From contig NC_086103.1 of assembly GCF_963921235.1 (NCBI RefSeq), forward strand, positions 46,500,001 to 46,564,000: a stretch of DNA of 64,000 nucleotides, read 5' to 3'. The stretch's first letter is position 1, and every line of letters begins with the position of its first letter. Origin of the DNA: Mobula hypostoma (lineage: Eukaryota). The position numbers were made by a program, and so were the translations under genes. A model generated the notes under the pieces. The model saw only the letters and a program-made list of their open reading frames with translations. It did not search any database and was not told where the DNA came from. Shown here in pieces: positions 1 through 12,760 of this stretch.

Positions 1-470
1 GTCCTTGGGGGCTGCCTTTGCCGTAGAGATGCTAATGAAGTCCCGCTTCTCTGCAAATGGGTTGACCCATTCATGTATGAGGCTAACCACTGCTGAAACT
101 GCTTCCTCATCTTTCTGCATTCTTGGCCGCTGTAGCTCGCATGACAAAGCACTGATTTGTTGCCTTGCACCATCTCCCTTAACTGTCCCAGGAATGCATT
201 GCAGTGCTCGGCTGTTATGTAGTAACACTTGATAGCTCCAGCATTCAGGCTGAACCGTGATGTGCCTCCAGGAGTCTGTGTGTCTTTGTTCACTGTGGCT
301 TCAGTAGCCTGGTCCACAGGGATCTGCCCAAAGGGGAAAGCTACCACCGCTCAAATGCTATCACATATTTTCTAGCGCCAGGGGTGTATACCTTGCCAAA
401 AATCACTATAAGAATTATCCCCCCCAGATGGTACCGGTGGCCCAAATTTGGGGTCCTGGCTCACAGACTA
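1..470 (-). mobile_element. DNA transposon remnant, probably Academ-like, truncated by the window edge
   Basis: Minus-strand translation FGQIPVDQATEATVNKDTQTPGGTSRFSLNAGAIKCYYITAE, then after a frameshift ELQRPRMQKDEEAVSAVVSLIHEWVNPF; terminus reads TAGTCTGTGAGCC. Confidence 0.5.
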
Positions 471-609
471 TTAGGTCTTACACCACCAGGTTCAGGAACA
501 GTCATCATCCCTACCATCAGGCCCCTGTCTTCTGCACATTGGTTGTTTGTTGTCTTTGCTTGTGTGTAGTTTTCCATTGATTCTATTGTGCTTCTTAATC
601 GATCTAATC

Positions 610-1130
610 TCTTAAGCCATTGTCCAGAATCCAAGAGCTCCACCAATTGGTCAATTTTCCAGTGATTTGTTAATCAAACGAAGTGTCTTGATAGTGATGT
701 TACGCTTCAAAGATTATATCATGATTTTTCTTATTTCCCTTCATTGAAGGCTGTTATTTGAGGAATAGCCTCGACAACCCAGCTTTGCTCATTGTCAACA
801 ATGCCCCTGAACATTTGAGTTAAGTGAAGAACCTTTTTCTGTGCTGTATAACTCTCTGATGTTATGTGGTTAACAGTCACACAACATCCAGGTACTACTT
901 TTACCAAGACACAATATCATTTCATCGTTACAAACAATGGACCAGGATGCTATCATTATATTCACTTCTTATTGTCTGCAGTGCATCACTGAGATATGTC
1001 ATTTTAAAGTTGGGCAGCAATGACAAACCCAACATTCAGGAATTTTGAAAGAGGTTAAATACCAAGATAGCTACAATCTACATCAGTGTATCTTGGAGTG
1101 ATTTAAACATATCAGTTTTTGATAAATAAA
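610..1130 (+). mobile_element. Degenerate Tigger/pogo DDE transposase fragment
   Basis: Remnants ALLIVNNAPEH and SLQTMDQDAI resemble pogo DDE motifs (LLLDNAPxH, QPMDQGVI). Confidence 0.5.
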
Positions 1131-1149
1131 GTTGGGTTTATTAATGATC

Positions 1150-1922
1150 CAGCATTTTGGTAGGTCAAATATGATGGCAGAATATAGTATTAATGGTAAG
1201 ACTCTTGGCAGTGTGGAGGATCAGAGGGATCTTGGGGTCCAAGTCCATAGGACACTCAAAGCAGCTGCGCAGGTTGACTATGCGGTTAAGAAGGCGTACG
1301 GTGTATTGATCTTCATCAATCGTGGAATTGAATTTAGGAGATGAGAGGTAATGTTGCAGCTATATAGGACCCTGGTCAGACCCCACTTGGAGTACTGTGC
1401 TCAGTTCTGGTCACCTCACTACAGGAAGGATATAGAAGCCATAGAAAGGATGCAGAGGAGATTTACAAGGATATTACCTGGATTGGGGAGCATGCCTTAT
1501 GAGAATAGGTTGATTGAACTCGGTCTTTTCTCCTTGGAGCGACGGAGGATGAGAGGTGACCTGACAGAGATGTATAAGATGATGAGAGGCATTGATCGTG
1601 TGGATAGTCAGAGGCTTTCGCCCAGGGCTGAAATGGTTGCCACAAGAGGACACAGTTTTAAGGTGCTGGGGAGTAGGTACAGAGGAGATGTCAGGGGTAA
1701 GTTTTTTACTCAGAAATTGGTGAGTGCGTGGAATGGGCTGCTGGCAATGGTGTTGGGAGGCGGATACGATAGGGTCTTTTAAGAGACTTTTAGATAGGTA
1801 CATGGAGCTTAGTAAAATAGAGGACTATAGGTAAGCCTAGTAATTTCTAAGGTAGGGACATGTTTGGCACAACTTTGTGGGCCAAAGGGCCTGTATTCTG
1901 CTGTAGGTTTTCTATGTTTCTA
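1150..1922 (+). mobile_element. CR1 LINE 3' fragment
   Basis: ORFs with LYRTLVRPHLEYCAQFWSP and LFSLERRRMRGDL; tail TTTCTATGTTTCTA. Confidence 0.92.
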
Positions 1923-2029
1923 TAATGGTGGAAAAGTTACTGAAGTTGCATGATGAAGAACTCCCAAATGAGAATTCAGGGTCACAGGAAGAGAAATAAA
2001 CCATTGATCTACTGAAAAGTTCCTGCATA

Positions 2030-3035
2030 GGAACCTAGTGCAGGAAGTGAAATCGTATGGTATTCTGGTGAGCTAACCAAATGGATACAAATGACTTTGT
2101 GGAAGGACTCAGAGGGTGGTAATGGAGGGATGTTTCACAGATTGGAGGCCTGTGACCAATGATATGCCATTGCAAATGGTGCTGTTTGTTGTACATATAT
2201 TAGCAGCATGGATAAGAATGTAGGTGGCATGATTAGTAAGTTTGCAGATGACAGCACAATTGATGCTGTGATGGTCAGTGGAGATTGTCTAAGGTCACAG
2301 CAGGGTCAGGATCAACTAGAAAAGGGGGCAAAAGAATGGCAGATGGAAATTAACTCAGTCATACATTTTGGAGAATTAAATCAGGGCAGGATTTACACAG
2401 TAAATGACAGGAACTAGGGAGTGTTGTGGAACAGAGAGACAGGAGTGCATGTACATAGTTCCCTGAGAATGGTAAACAGGTAGATGAAGTGGTGAAAAAG
2501 GCTTATGGAATGCTTGTCTTCATCAGGTGGAGCATCAAGCACGAGAGATGCTACATGACATTGGCAAGAGTTTACCAGAAATTTTGCGTGCAATTCTATA
2601 GGAAGGAATTGATTACGCTAGAGATGGTTCAGACTTGATTTATGAGGAGAGACTGGATAGGCTGCGCTTGTTTTCCTTGAAGCAAAGGAGACTAAGGAGT
2701 GATGTTATGGAGACAGAATCATGAAGGGCATAGATAACGTGGATGGTCACAGTCTTTTTCCAAGGGAAGGAGACATCTAAAACTAAAGGACTTCAGTTCA
2801 GGTTAAGAGGGGGAAGATTTAAGGGAACATAAGGGACAACTTCTCTCAAAGGTGGTGAGTATATGGAATGAGATTTCAGAGGAACTGGTAGAAGTAGGCA
2901 CAATTACAACATTTCAAAACTGTTTGGATGGGTACATGGATAAGGAAGGTTTAGAGAATGCAGGCATATGGGACTAACTCAGGAAAACACCTGGGCTGGC
3001 AAGTTGTGCTGAAGGAATAGTTACCATGCTGTAAA
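2030..3035 (+). mobile_element. Older, degenerate CR1 fragment
   Basis: ISKFADDS motif and degraded CR1 C-terminal motifs. Confidence 0.75.
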
Positions 3036-3399
3036 AAAATTTGTTACACTCTATCATTGCCCCACCAAAACAAATCGCCATGAAAAACCTTTCAGGAGTG
3101 CTTATTAGTCTCGTTCAACCACGATGATGCCAATATGAAGCACAGTGTTAGAATTCATGCTTCCAAAGATATTTCCTTTAGTCTCATTCACTTGCCAATG
3201 AGAAATAGCTGCAGGCCTTTCAGAAGAAATATTCCAAAGATTCATGACTTGGAGAAGAAAACAATAATTTCCTGTCATTTGTCTAAAATAAATAAACCCT
3301 CATTTTTAACCAGTTTTCTTTCATGCAACTCTTAAATTCACTTAAAAGGGGAAGACCCTCTTCACAACCACCCTATCAATATCTGTCAGGGTCTTCTTA

Positions 3400-4962
3400 C
3401 AGTGGTGCTGTAAAGTTTGTGAACCCTATAGAATTTTCTCTATTTCTGCATAAATATGACCTAAAATGTGCAGATCCTCACATGAGATCTAAGACTAGAT
3501 GAAGAGAACCCAAATAAATAAATACACAAAAATATTATACTTGTTCATTTATTTATTGAGAAAAATGATCCAATATTACATGTATTTGTTGGAAAAAGTA
3601 TGTGAACCTCTGGGATAATGCCTTCTACAAAAGCTATTTGCAGTCAGGTGTTCCAATCAATGAGATAAGTTTAGAGGTGTGGGTTGTAGAGGTGCCCCGC
3701 CCTATAAAAAAGACGAAGTCAGGTTACTGACAAAGCCTGCTCTTCTCAAGAAAGATTTGTTTATGTGCATCCTGCCTCGATCAAAACAAATTTCAAAGGG
3801 CCTTAAAAGAAGAAATGTAGAGATGCATGAAGCTGGAAAAGGCTACAAAAGCATTTCTAAAGACCTGAGTGTTCATCAGTCCACAGTAAGAGAAATTGTC
3901 TACAAATGGAGGAAACTCAGTACTGTTGCTGCTCTCCCCAGGAGTGGGCATCCTGCAAAGTTCACTCCAAGAGCACATTGTGCAATGCTGAAGGAGGTGA
4001 AATAGAACCCAAAGGTAACAGCAAATGACCTGCAGAAATCATGTGTCCACTATAAGAAAAATACTGAACAAGAATAGTGTTCATGGAAGGACACCACGGA
4101 GAAAATACACTGTTCTCTGAAAAAAAAAATGTTAGACATCTCAAATTTGCAAAAGACCACCTGGATGTCCCACAATGCTTCTGGAACAATGTTCTGTGGA
4201 CAGGTGAGACAAACGTTGAACTTTTTGACAGAAATGCACATTGCTATGTTTGGAGGAGAAAGGGCACTGCACACCAACACCAAAACATCATCCCAACAGT
4301 GAAGCATGGTGGAAGAAGCATCATGGTTTGGGGCTACTTTGCTGCCTCAGGGCCTGGACATCTTGCAATCGTTGAGGGAACAATGAATTCAAATTGTATC
4401 AAGACATTTTTCGGGAGAATGTCAGGTAGCAGTCGGTCACCTGAAGTTTAATAGAAGTTGGATAATGCAACAAAACAGTGATCCAAAAGACAAGAGTAAT
4501 TCGACAATTCTTCTAAAAAGAACATTTGTGTTTTGGAATAACTGAGTCCTGATCTTAATCCTACAGAAATGTTGGGGAAGGATCTGAAGCAAGCAGTTCA
4601 TGCAAGTAAGCCCACCAACATCCCAGAGTTGAAGCAGTTTTGTAAGGAGCAATGGCTCCAAACCAACGTGTAGGACTGATCAGCAGTTACCGGAAATGTT
4701 TGGTTGAAGTTATTGCCTTACAAGATGGTCACACCATTTGCTGAAAACAAAGGTTCACATATATTTTCCAACAAATAATGAAATATTGGAACATTTATCT
4801 TAATAAATAAATGAACAAGTATAATACTTTTGTGTTATTTATTTAATTGGGTCGTCTTTATCTAGCTTAAGGACTTACATGAAGAACTGATCACATTCTA
4901 GGTCTTATTTATGCAGAAATAGAGAAAATTCTACAGTGTGCACGAACTTTCTAGCACCACTG
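3400..4962 (+). mobile_element. Tc1-family DNA transposon, near full length, transposase pseudogenised
   Basis: TA|CAGTGGTGCT...AGCACCACTG with long (~200 bp) TIRs; GKGYKSISKDL (HTH), VLWTGET, PTVKHGGRSIMVWGYF, SPDLNP. Confidence 0.92.
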
Positions 4963-5009
4963 TGTATGTTTCATTTATTGAGCTGCCTGAAAGTGTACAG
5001 TACATTATG

Positions 5010-5580
5010 CAAACAAGAGGAATTCTGCAGATGCTGGAAATTCAAGCAACACACATCAAAGTTGCTGGTGAACATTATGCAACAAAGACAAAATAATCAG
5101 CAGATGCTGGGGTCAAAGCAACACTCACAACATGCTGGAGGAACTCAGCAGGTCGGGCAGCATACGTGGAAAAGATCGGTTGACGTTTCAGGCCGGAACC
5201 CTTCATCAGGACTGTAGGGGGAAGGGGCAGAGGCCCTATAAAGAAGGTGGGGGGAGGGTGGGAAGGAGAAGGCTGGTAGGTTCCAGGTAGAAAATCAGTA
5301 AGGGGAAAGATAAAGGGGTGGGGGAGGGAAGGCAGGGAGGTGATAGGCAGGAAAGGTGAAGAAAGAATAGGAGAAAACACAATGGGTAGTAGAAGGAGGC
5401 AGAACCATGAGGGAGGTGGTAGGCAGCTGGGGGAGGGGGCAGAGTGACATAGGGATAGGGGAAGGGAGGGGGAGGGAATTACCGCAAGTTGTGTTTTCCC
5501 CTATTCTTTCTTCACCTTTCCTGCCTATCACCTCCCTACCTCCCTTCCCCCACCCTTTTATCTTTCCCCTTACTGGTTCT
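5010..5580 (-). mobile_element. Penelope-derived repeat with a hammerhead motif and an inverted duplication
   Basis: CTGATGAAGGGTTCCGGCCTGAAACGTC at 5209-5182; 5291-5382 is the reverse complement of 5489-5580. Confidence 0.7.
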
Positions 5581-7377
5581 TCGTACTAGGTAGCAGTGAA
5601 CCCTGTCTCTCTTTCAATATCTGGACTACCTGCAACAGGCATCTCAAATTACTGGAAAAATACTACCGGTAGTTTCCAGAAAACCCTCCGTGATCATATT
5701 AAATGGCGGGGAAAGTGTAAATACTAAATAACATAACCTATCTAACTTGTTTCTCCTTAGCAACACAACTAAAGTGCTAACAAAAACTGAAATATTCCTA
5801 GGTACATCCTGAGCACAGAAAAATAGGACAAATCTATGCTGGACTATTACTGCTCATTAATCTAGTCTCCAGGGCTGCAATGATGAAAGATGGGTCAACA
5901 GTGCCAAGAGCAGCTCCAGTTCCTCTGTACTCTGTTTAGTAATGCTCAGTTTGAACTCCACCTAGGCATTTCACCCTCCAACTTCACCACACTCTTAGCC
6001 CAAATTTGTAGCAGAGTTAACTCCTCAGGGGAAGAAAGTATACCTCATCTAACATAAATAAGCCCTGTTTAAATGAAGTAGGCATTTAGAGATAAAATTT
6101 CTTCTCCCCAAAATTCAGTAGCTTCAAGTGAAGGATGTATTTGTTAGTTCAGCACAACTTTTTAAAGAGCATTTGCTACGATCCAAAAACAAATGCCAGC
6201 TCATTCAAAACCATACAAATACAACACCTAAAAGACAAATATTGGCATTGTTCCTAATCAGCTGAAGGGGAAAGATGCAAGCCAAAATCACTTGCAGAAA
6301 AGATTATCAGGAATATAAATGTTCCACTGAGCGTTGCTATAAACTGAGCACCATGTTGCCCAGAAAATTAATGAATGCTATTTAATAATTGGTGTAATAT
6401 TGCTGAATCAGTCCTTCAAAAATTATTTTCTTCAAAAAATAATTTACCTCCTAAACAAGCGGACCGGCGTCAACCCAATTAAAGAAGCATTAGTTTAGGG
6501 AAGGAGTGGAAATGTGCTGCTTAATCATTCAGCATGTTGAACATGATGACAACTTCAATAAATGGCTAGATTACTGAAATATTGCATCAATGAAAGCAGT
6601 AAAAGGTATCCAATGATCAATAAGTGCCATACTGAACTGTTATACAGTAATGCAGTGCCTGAGATTGGACATTAAATAAGTGGAATTGTTGAAAATACAG
6701 TACAGCCAACTAGTAGTGACTATCCTAAAATGTATTATAGGAGACAGAGGCCTTGTGAGTTCATACGTAGCATGGGAGACACAAACACCAGATAGATTTT
6801 AAGGTAGCACAAAAGACAAAGGCACTGTAGGTATAAAGATGTGCAGTAAATATCGGCAGAGTAGATTTGAAGTTAGATAGGGATACCAAGGACTTCTAGA
6901 TTCAAAGGCAGTGTGAGAGACACAGGTCTCAAAGGTTTAAAGGCGACACAGGAGACGTGGGCCCTGGGCCTTTGGGTCACTGCATGTTGCAGCTCTTACT
7001 CCCACTTGCAGGATAAATAAACTTCCACCCCCTGAGCTACTAACCCACAGGCTGAGCATTAAGAGACGATTACCTGGGTGGAAAATGGAAGAGTTTCCAG
7101 TTCAAGGTGAGGTTGAAGTCCGGGCAAGTCTGCAAGATCTACCAGGATTGGTGCAGTGTCACCCTGAAGTGTATGCATGACAGCTGTCAGAGGGGTGGCA
7201 GGTGGGGGAGTCTCATTCTGAGCAGTCGGTGTCTGGGGAGCGGGTGAAGGCCCAGGTTGAGTGTTGTGCAAGAGAATTTGGAACAGAGTTGATGAGGCAG
7301 AATGGGGGGCAAAAACAATTAAAATTGATGTGTGCATGCGTTGGGTGGGGGTGGGGTTGCAGCGTAACAGGGGCAAT

Positions 7378-7380
<3 letters not shown>

Positions 7381-7415
<35 letters not shown>
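7381..7415. repeat. (GT)n microsatellite, about 17 units
   Basis: Seen directly in the sequence. Confidence 0.97.
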
Positions 7416-7418
<3 letters not shown>

Positions 7419-7889
7419 ATGCATACCTGCAAAGGCATGCAAACCTATTTCTTGAATTACTGCATTCTTTCCGGGAATGTACACTCACAGCATTGTTTGC
7501 AGATTTTAAATCATGAGTGGTGACAGAACAGTGAAAGTTCCAAGGCAGCATCGTGTGTAACTTGGTGGAAACATGCGAAGTTACTATGTACCTCCATTCC
7601 CCTGTTAGGCAGGACTTGGGGACTTCCTGCTTCTTTCCGGAACAAAAATTAAAACACCTCCCCTCCAGCTGGCACATGTTGTTTTTATCCTGAAGAACTT
7701 CTTCTGGTTTCTCTCACTTTCAAATCAAAGGTATAGACATGAATATTTGCATGGACCCAAGCCATGTCCATGTTCTTAAGGCAATGTGAAACAGTCCTTG
7801 TTCCAAACCATCTCTGACATTTCATCCCAACTCTCTCTCCAAAACACTGATGACTAATTGGTGCTGCTCCTTCACATGCAGAACTCCTC

Positions 7890-8230
7890 AATTTTATCAC
7901 TTGCCCTACCCCCAAACTTACTCAGATCATTTCTGACACCTCTCTGTATATCCTGGATCTCTCTGACTCCATTTCAAGAGACAAACTAGCTACGAACATT
8001 TACTATAAACCCACCAAATTCCAGAACTACCTTGACATGACTTTTTCTCACCCATCTCTGTTGTATTTGTTCTCAATATGAGGGTTTCCACTACAGGGCA
8101 TCTGAAATGTCCCTTCTCTGGATTGTGACTTCCCCTTTACTGTGGCTGATGGAGCCCTCACTTATATTTCCTTCATGTCATATATTTCTGCTCTTACCCC
8201 CTTCCCCTTTGTCCTCACCTTTCACATCAA
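7890..8230 (+). mobile_element. Penelope-like element RT remnant (5' part)
   Basis: SISRDKLATNIYYKPTKFQNYLDMTFSHP and PFVLTFH, typical of the PLE RT C-terminal region. Confidence 0.7.
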
Positions 8231-8234
8231 GCAC

Positions 8235-9230
8235 ATCATAGAACATGCAACAGTACAGGGCCCTTCGGCCATGTTGTTGTGCCAACCTTTTAACCTACTC
8301 AAAAATTAATCTAACCCTTCTCTCCTACATATCCCTTCATTTTTCTATCATGCATGTGCCTATCTAACAGTCTCAAGTGTCCCTAATGTACCTGCCTTTA
8401 CCACCATCTCTGGCAGCATGCTCCATGCAGCCACCATTCTGTGTAAAAAAAAGTTATCTCTGATATTCCTACCCCAGCTTTCTTCAAACCATCCTACAGT
8501 TATGCCCTCTTGTATGAGCCAGTTCAGTCCTGGGAAAAAAATACTTGCTGTGCACTCAACTTATGCCTCCTATTATCTTATAAACCTCTACCAAATCACC
8601 TCTCATCCTCCTCTCCAATGAGAAAAGCAATGGCTTGCTCAACATTTCCTCATACAACAATACTCTCTAATCCAGGAAGCACCCTGGTAAATTCCTTTGC
8701 ACCCTCTCTAAAGCTTCCACTCTTCCTATAGGTGATCAGAACTGAATACAATACTCCAAGTGTGGTCTAACCACAACATTACCTCATGACTCTTGAGCTC
8801 AATTCCCTGTCTGTTGAAACCAAACACACCATATGACCATTTAACCACTCTAACTTGTGCAGAAACTTCAAGGGATCTCTGGATGTGGACCCCAAGATCC
8901 CCGTGTTCCTCCACACTGCTAAGAATCCTACTATCGACCCTGTACACTACCTTCAAGTGCAACCTTCCAAAATGTGTCACTTGACACTTTTTTGGATTTC
9001 TCAACCTATGCTTTGCATCCTATCAATGTCCCGCTGCGGCCCTACTAAAACCTTCTACACTGCCCACATCACTCATTTTCATATCTCCTGTGAACATACT
9101 AATCCACCCTTCCATGTCCTCATCCAAGTCATTTATCATATAAACATGATGAAGAGCAGGGGTCCAATATTCAACCCTGCAGAACACCACTGGGCATTGG
9201 TCTCCAGACAGAATACCATCCATGGCTGAA
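8235..9230 (-). mobile_element. CR1 fragment
   Basis: KKCQVTHFGR and DLGVHIQRSL; CR1 tail at the left end. Confidence 0.85.
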
Positions 9231-9413
9231 AGATTACAGCTGGGAGCTTAATGTCCAAGGATACATATTATCTTGAAAGGGAGATAAAGGGAGCAGAATT
9301 GCATTGTCGGTAAAAAATTAAATCAAATCATTAGAAAGAGGTGACATAGGGTTGGACGGTGTTGAATCATCGTGGATAGAGCTAAGGAAATGCTCTTAAT
9401 GTTGTTTCCTCTA

Positions 9414-10803
9414 CAGCACCTATAAAAGGTATTCACCCCCCCCACCCCAAAAGTTTTCATGTTTTATTGTTTTACAACATTGAATCACAGTGGACTTAAT
9501 TTGGCTTTTTTGACACTGATCAACAGAAAAGACTCTTTCGTGGCAAAGTGAAAACAAATTTCTACAAACTAGTCTAAATTTATTACAATTATTAAACACA
9601 AAATAATTGATTGCATGATTACTCACCCCCTGCGAGTCAATATTTTGGCAGCAATTACAGCCTTGAGTCTGTGTGGAGAGGTCTCTATATCAGCTTTGCA
9701 CAGCTGGACACTGCAATTTTTCTCCATTCTTTACAAAACTGTTCAAGCTTTGTCAAATTGCATGAGGATCAGGAGTGAAGTCCAGTCACAAATTCTCAAT
9801 TGGATTGAGGTCTGGGCTCTGACTTGGCCTCTCCAGGCCAATAACTCTGTTGTTTTTAAGCCATTCCTGTATAGTTTCAGCTTTATGCTTGGGGTCATTG
9901 TCTTACTGGAAAACAAATGTCCTAAGTCTAAACATAGCATTTAGACTGATGGCCATAAAACTCAATTTTGGTTTAATCAAACCATCGAAACTTCTCCCAG
10001 CTGACTTCATAGTCTCCCACATGCCTTCTAGCAAACTCTAGCCGAGATTTCATGTGAGATTGTTTTCAATAGTGGCTTTCTCTCTGCTACTCTCCCATAA
10101 AACTGCGCCTCGTAAAGTACCCAGGCAACAGTTGTACGCATAGTTTCTCCCAACCTAGCCACTGAAGCTTGTAACTCCTCCAGAGGTCATAGGTCTCTAG
10201 GTGGTCTCCCACACTAGTCCCTTTTTGCACAGTCACTCCATTTTTGAGGATGACCTGCTCTAGGCAGATTTACAGCTGTGCCATATTCTTTCCATTTCTT
10301 GATGATTGACTTAACTGTACTCCAAGAAATATTCAGAAACTTGGAAATTTTCTTGTATCCATCCTCTGACTTGTGCTTTTTAATAATCTTTTTTGTAGAG
10401 TTGCATGGAGTGTTCTTTTGTCTTAATGGTGTGGTTTTTGCCAGGATACTGACTCACCAGCAGCTGGATCCTTCCAGATAGAGCTACCTTGACTGCACAC
10501 AGCTAATCGCCATTTAACTAATTTTGAGAGTTCTAAAACCAAATGGCTGCACCAGTGAAGTTTTGGCGTGTCATATTAAAAGGGGGGAGGGGTGAATACT
10601 TATGCAATTATTTTGTGTTTTATATTTGTAATTAACAATTACTTTGTAGAAATCTGTTTTTACTTTGACATGAAAGAATCTTCTGCTGTTGATCAATGTA
10701 AAAAAAAGCACAAATTAGATCCACTGTGATTTAATGGTGTAAACAATAAACCATGAAAATTTCTGGGGGAGCAGGGGGAGGTGAATACGTTTTATAGGTA
10801 CTG
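9414..10803 (-). mobile_element. Tc1-family element (second family, internally deleted)
   Basis: TIRs CAGCACCTATAAAAGGTATTCACCCC and GGTGAATACGTTTTATAGGTACTG, about 200 bp; degenerate transposase on the minus strand. Confidence 0.88.
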
Positions 10804-10809
10804 CATGTC

Positions 10810-11098
10810 TGACATCTTCTTCGGCTGTCTGTCGATTTTCGATGTTGACTGAGGCCTGGGCAAGTTTGTATGGAAGACCGGCAGTTGCCCATGTTGCAAG
10901 TCTCCCCTCTCCACGCCACCGATGTTGTTCAAGGCAAGGGCACTAGGACCCATACAGCTTGGCACCAGTGTCATCACAGATCAATGTGTGGTGTAAGTGC
11001 CTTGCTCAAGGACACAACACGCTGCCTCAGCTGAGGCGCGAACTAGCGACCTTCAGATCACTAGACCAACGGCTTAACCACTTGGATACATGCCACAT
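10810..11098 (-). mobile_element. tRNA-derived SINE with an RTE-like tail
   Basis: Minus-strand head GTGGCATGTATCCAAGTGGTTAAG (A box-like), GTTCGCGCC (B box-like), GTGTCCTTGAGCAAGGCACTT core, GAAGAAGA tail. Confidence 0.75.
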
Positions 11099-11099
11099 A

Positions 11100-11790
11100 G
11101 ACTAAAAACAACCATTTTGTGCAGCACCTGTGCTCTGTCCGCAATGACCGCCTTGCGCTCTCAAATTCATGCCATTTCAACTCCCCTTCCATTTCCAAAT
11201 ATACTTCTCTGTTGTTGGCCTTCAGTGCCATGTTGAGGCCAAGTGCCAATCAGAACACCTCATATCCTAGTGGTATGAATATTAAATTTACCAATTTCTG
11301 GTAACTCACATCCCTTTTCCATCTAATCCATCCAGTTTTTCTCACTCCTTTTTCCACCCTCCATTTCCCCCTTATCTAGCTTTATTCCCCTGCCACCTGA
11401 CTCCATTTGCCCATCACCCACACACTTTACCTGCTGGGTCTCCTGTCCAAACCCCTCCACTCAAATTTGTTCCAGACGCCCATCAGGTTCCAACGACCAC
11501 TTTCCACCTTCTAGCCTGTCACTACCTCACACTCACCCCCATTTTTCCTGCTTGCTTTTTATATTGTTCATCCACTACCCACCAGCTGCTCTCTCCCGAT
11601 TCCATTCATCCTCCACTTGACCCCGTATGTCCATCACTGTTTTACCTTGGCGCACCCTTCCTATCAACTCTTGATGATCATCTCCTCTCTACACTCCGAG
11701 TCCTGAAGTTAGGTTTCATTCATATTGACCTTCCCTTTACCACCATAGATGCTGCCTAATCCCATAGTTCCTTTAGCAATTTTGTCCCCA
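11100..11790 (+). mobile_element. Penelope-like element 3' part (C-terminal GIY-YIG region and pyrimidine-rich tail)
   Basis: HFVQHLCSVRND...CHFNSPS...PSGMNIKFTNFW*. Confidence 0.65.
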
Positions 11791-11869
11791 GAGCTTGAAT
11801 TATAAAGAGAGTAGATAGGCTAGGTCATTTTCTTTGGAACAAAAGATACCATGTAATAACACAGAAGTA

Positions 11870-12760
11870 CAGACGGCCCTCCTTATCCGCGAGTTCCGCA
11901 TGCGGCGCAAATTCAACCAACTGCAAATTGAGAAAACCCGGAAGTGCTCTTCCAGCNNNNNNNNNNNNNNNNNNNNNNNNNNNNNNNNNNNNNNNNNNNN
12001 NNNNNNNNNNNNNNNNNNNNNNNNNNNNNNNNNNNNNNNNNNNNNNNNNNNNNNNNNNNNNNNNNNNNNNNNNNNNNNNNNNNNNNNNNNNNNNNNNNNN
12101 NNNNNNNNNNNNNNNNNNNNNATCGGAAAAAAAACTAAAGTTCCCTTACTAAGTCGGAACAGGTACATCCGATATTATTTGTTTGTCTTAGTGTATAGCA
12201 TATATTTTACCTTCTATGCATATAAAACTTATGAAACGTATGTTTCAGTGCCGGGTCGGGAACAGAAGTTCCCGAGTCGAATCCAGTGTCAGACCGCTCC
12301 CGAGAGTGCTCTCCATCCCTGCTGGGTTGATGTGAAGGATCAAAAACCCAAAACCCAATAATTAAACCACTGCGTTGCTTAGTAATAATTGTAGCTTTCA
12401 TCGGGGCAGGCCCTTTCTCACTTTATTCTTTAAAATTGTTCCAATCGTTGACCGACTGTAGCCTAACGCTTTTCCAATGACTAATGGCGTTTCACCTTTT
12501 TCCGATCGCTTTATTATTTCCATTTTATTTTCAATCGTGATCGTGATTATTTTCGTGAACAGAAACACCGCGGATTCAGAGCTCCGCTGCCGGGTCCTGA
12601 TGTCCACCGCACTGAGACAGGTTAAATAAGGTCCGAGGTTCCACTGGGTCCTAAGGTACACCACATTGGACAGGTTGAATAAGGGACTTGAGCATCCACA
12701 TTATTTGGTATCCGTGAGGGGTCCTGGAACCAATCCCTCGCGGATAAGGAGGGCCGACTA
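11870..12760 (-). mobile_element. Tigger/pogo non-autonomous element, inserted in a CR1 fragment
   Basis: TIRs CAGACGGCCCTCCTTATCCGCG and CGCGGATAAGGAGGGCCGACTA with TA flanks; CENP-B-type HTH remnant ITIENKMEIIKRSEKGE...LGYSRSTIGTILKNK. Confidence 0.88.
11957..12121. other. Assembly gap (165 N)
   Basis: Run of N. Confidence 0.99.

Noticed and set aside
7038-7051. Perfect TACTAAC followed by CCACAG on the + strand
   Set aside because: The branch A is only about 7 nt from the acceptor, there is no pyrimidine tract, and no + strand gene is evident.
7059-7677. Overlapping ORFs containing HTHTHT and CVCVCV
   Set aside because: Driven by the (GT)n microsatellite; no recognisable protein.
11800-12361. 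ORFs of up to 175 aa spanning X runs
   Set aside because: Artefacts of the 165-N gap.
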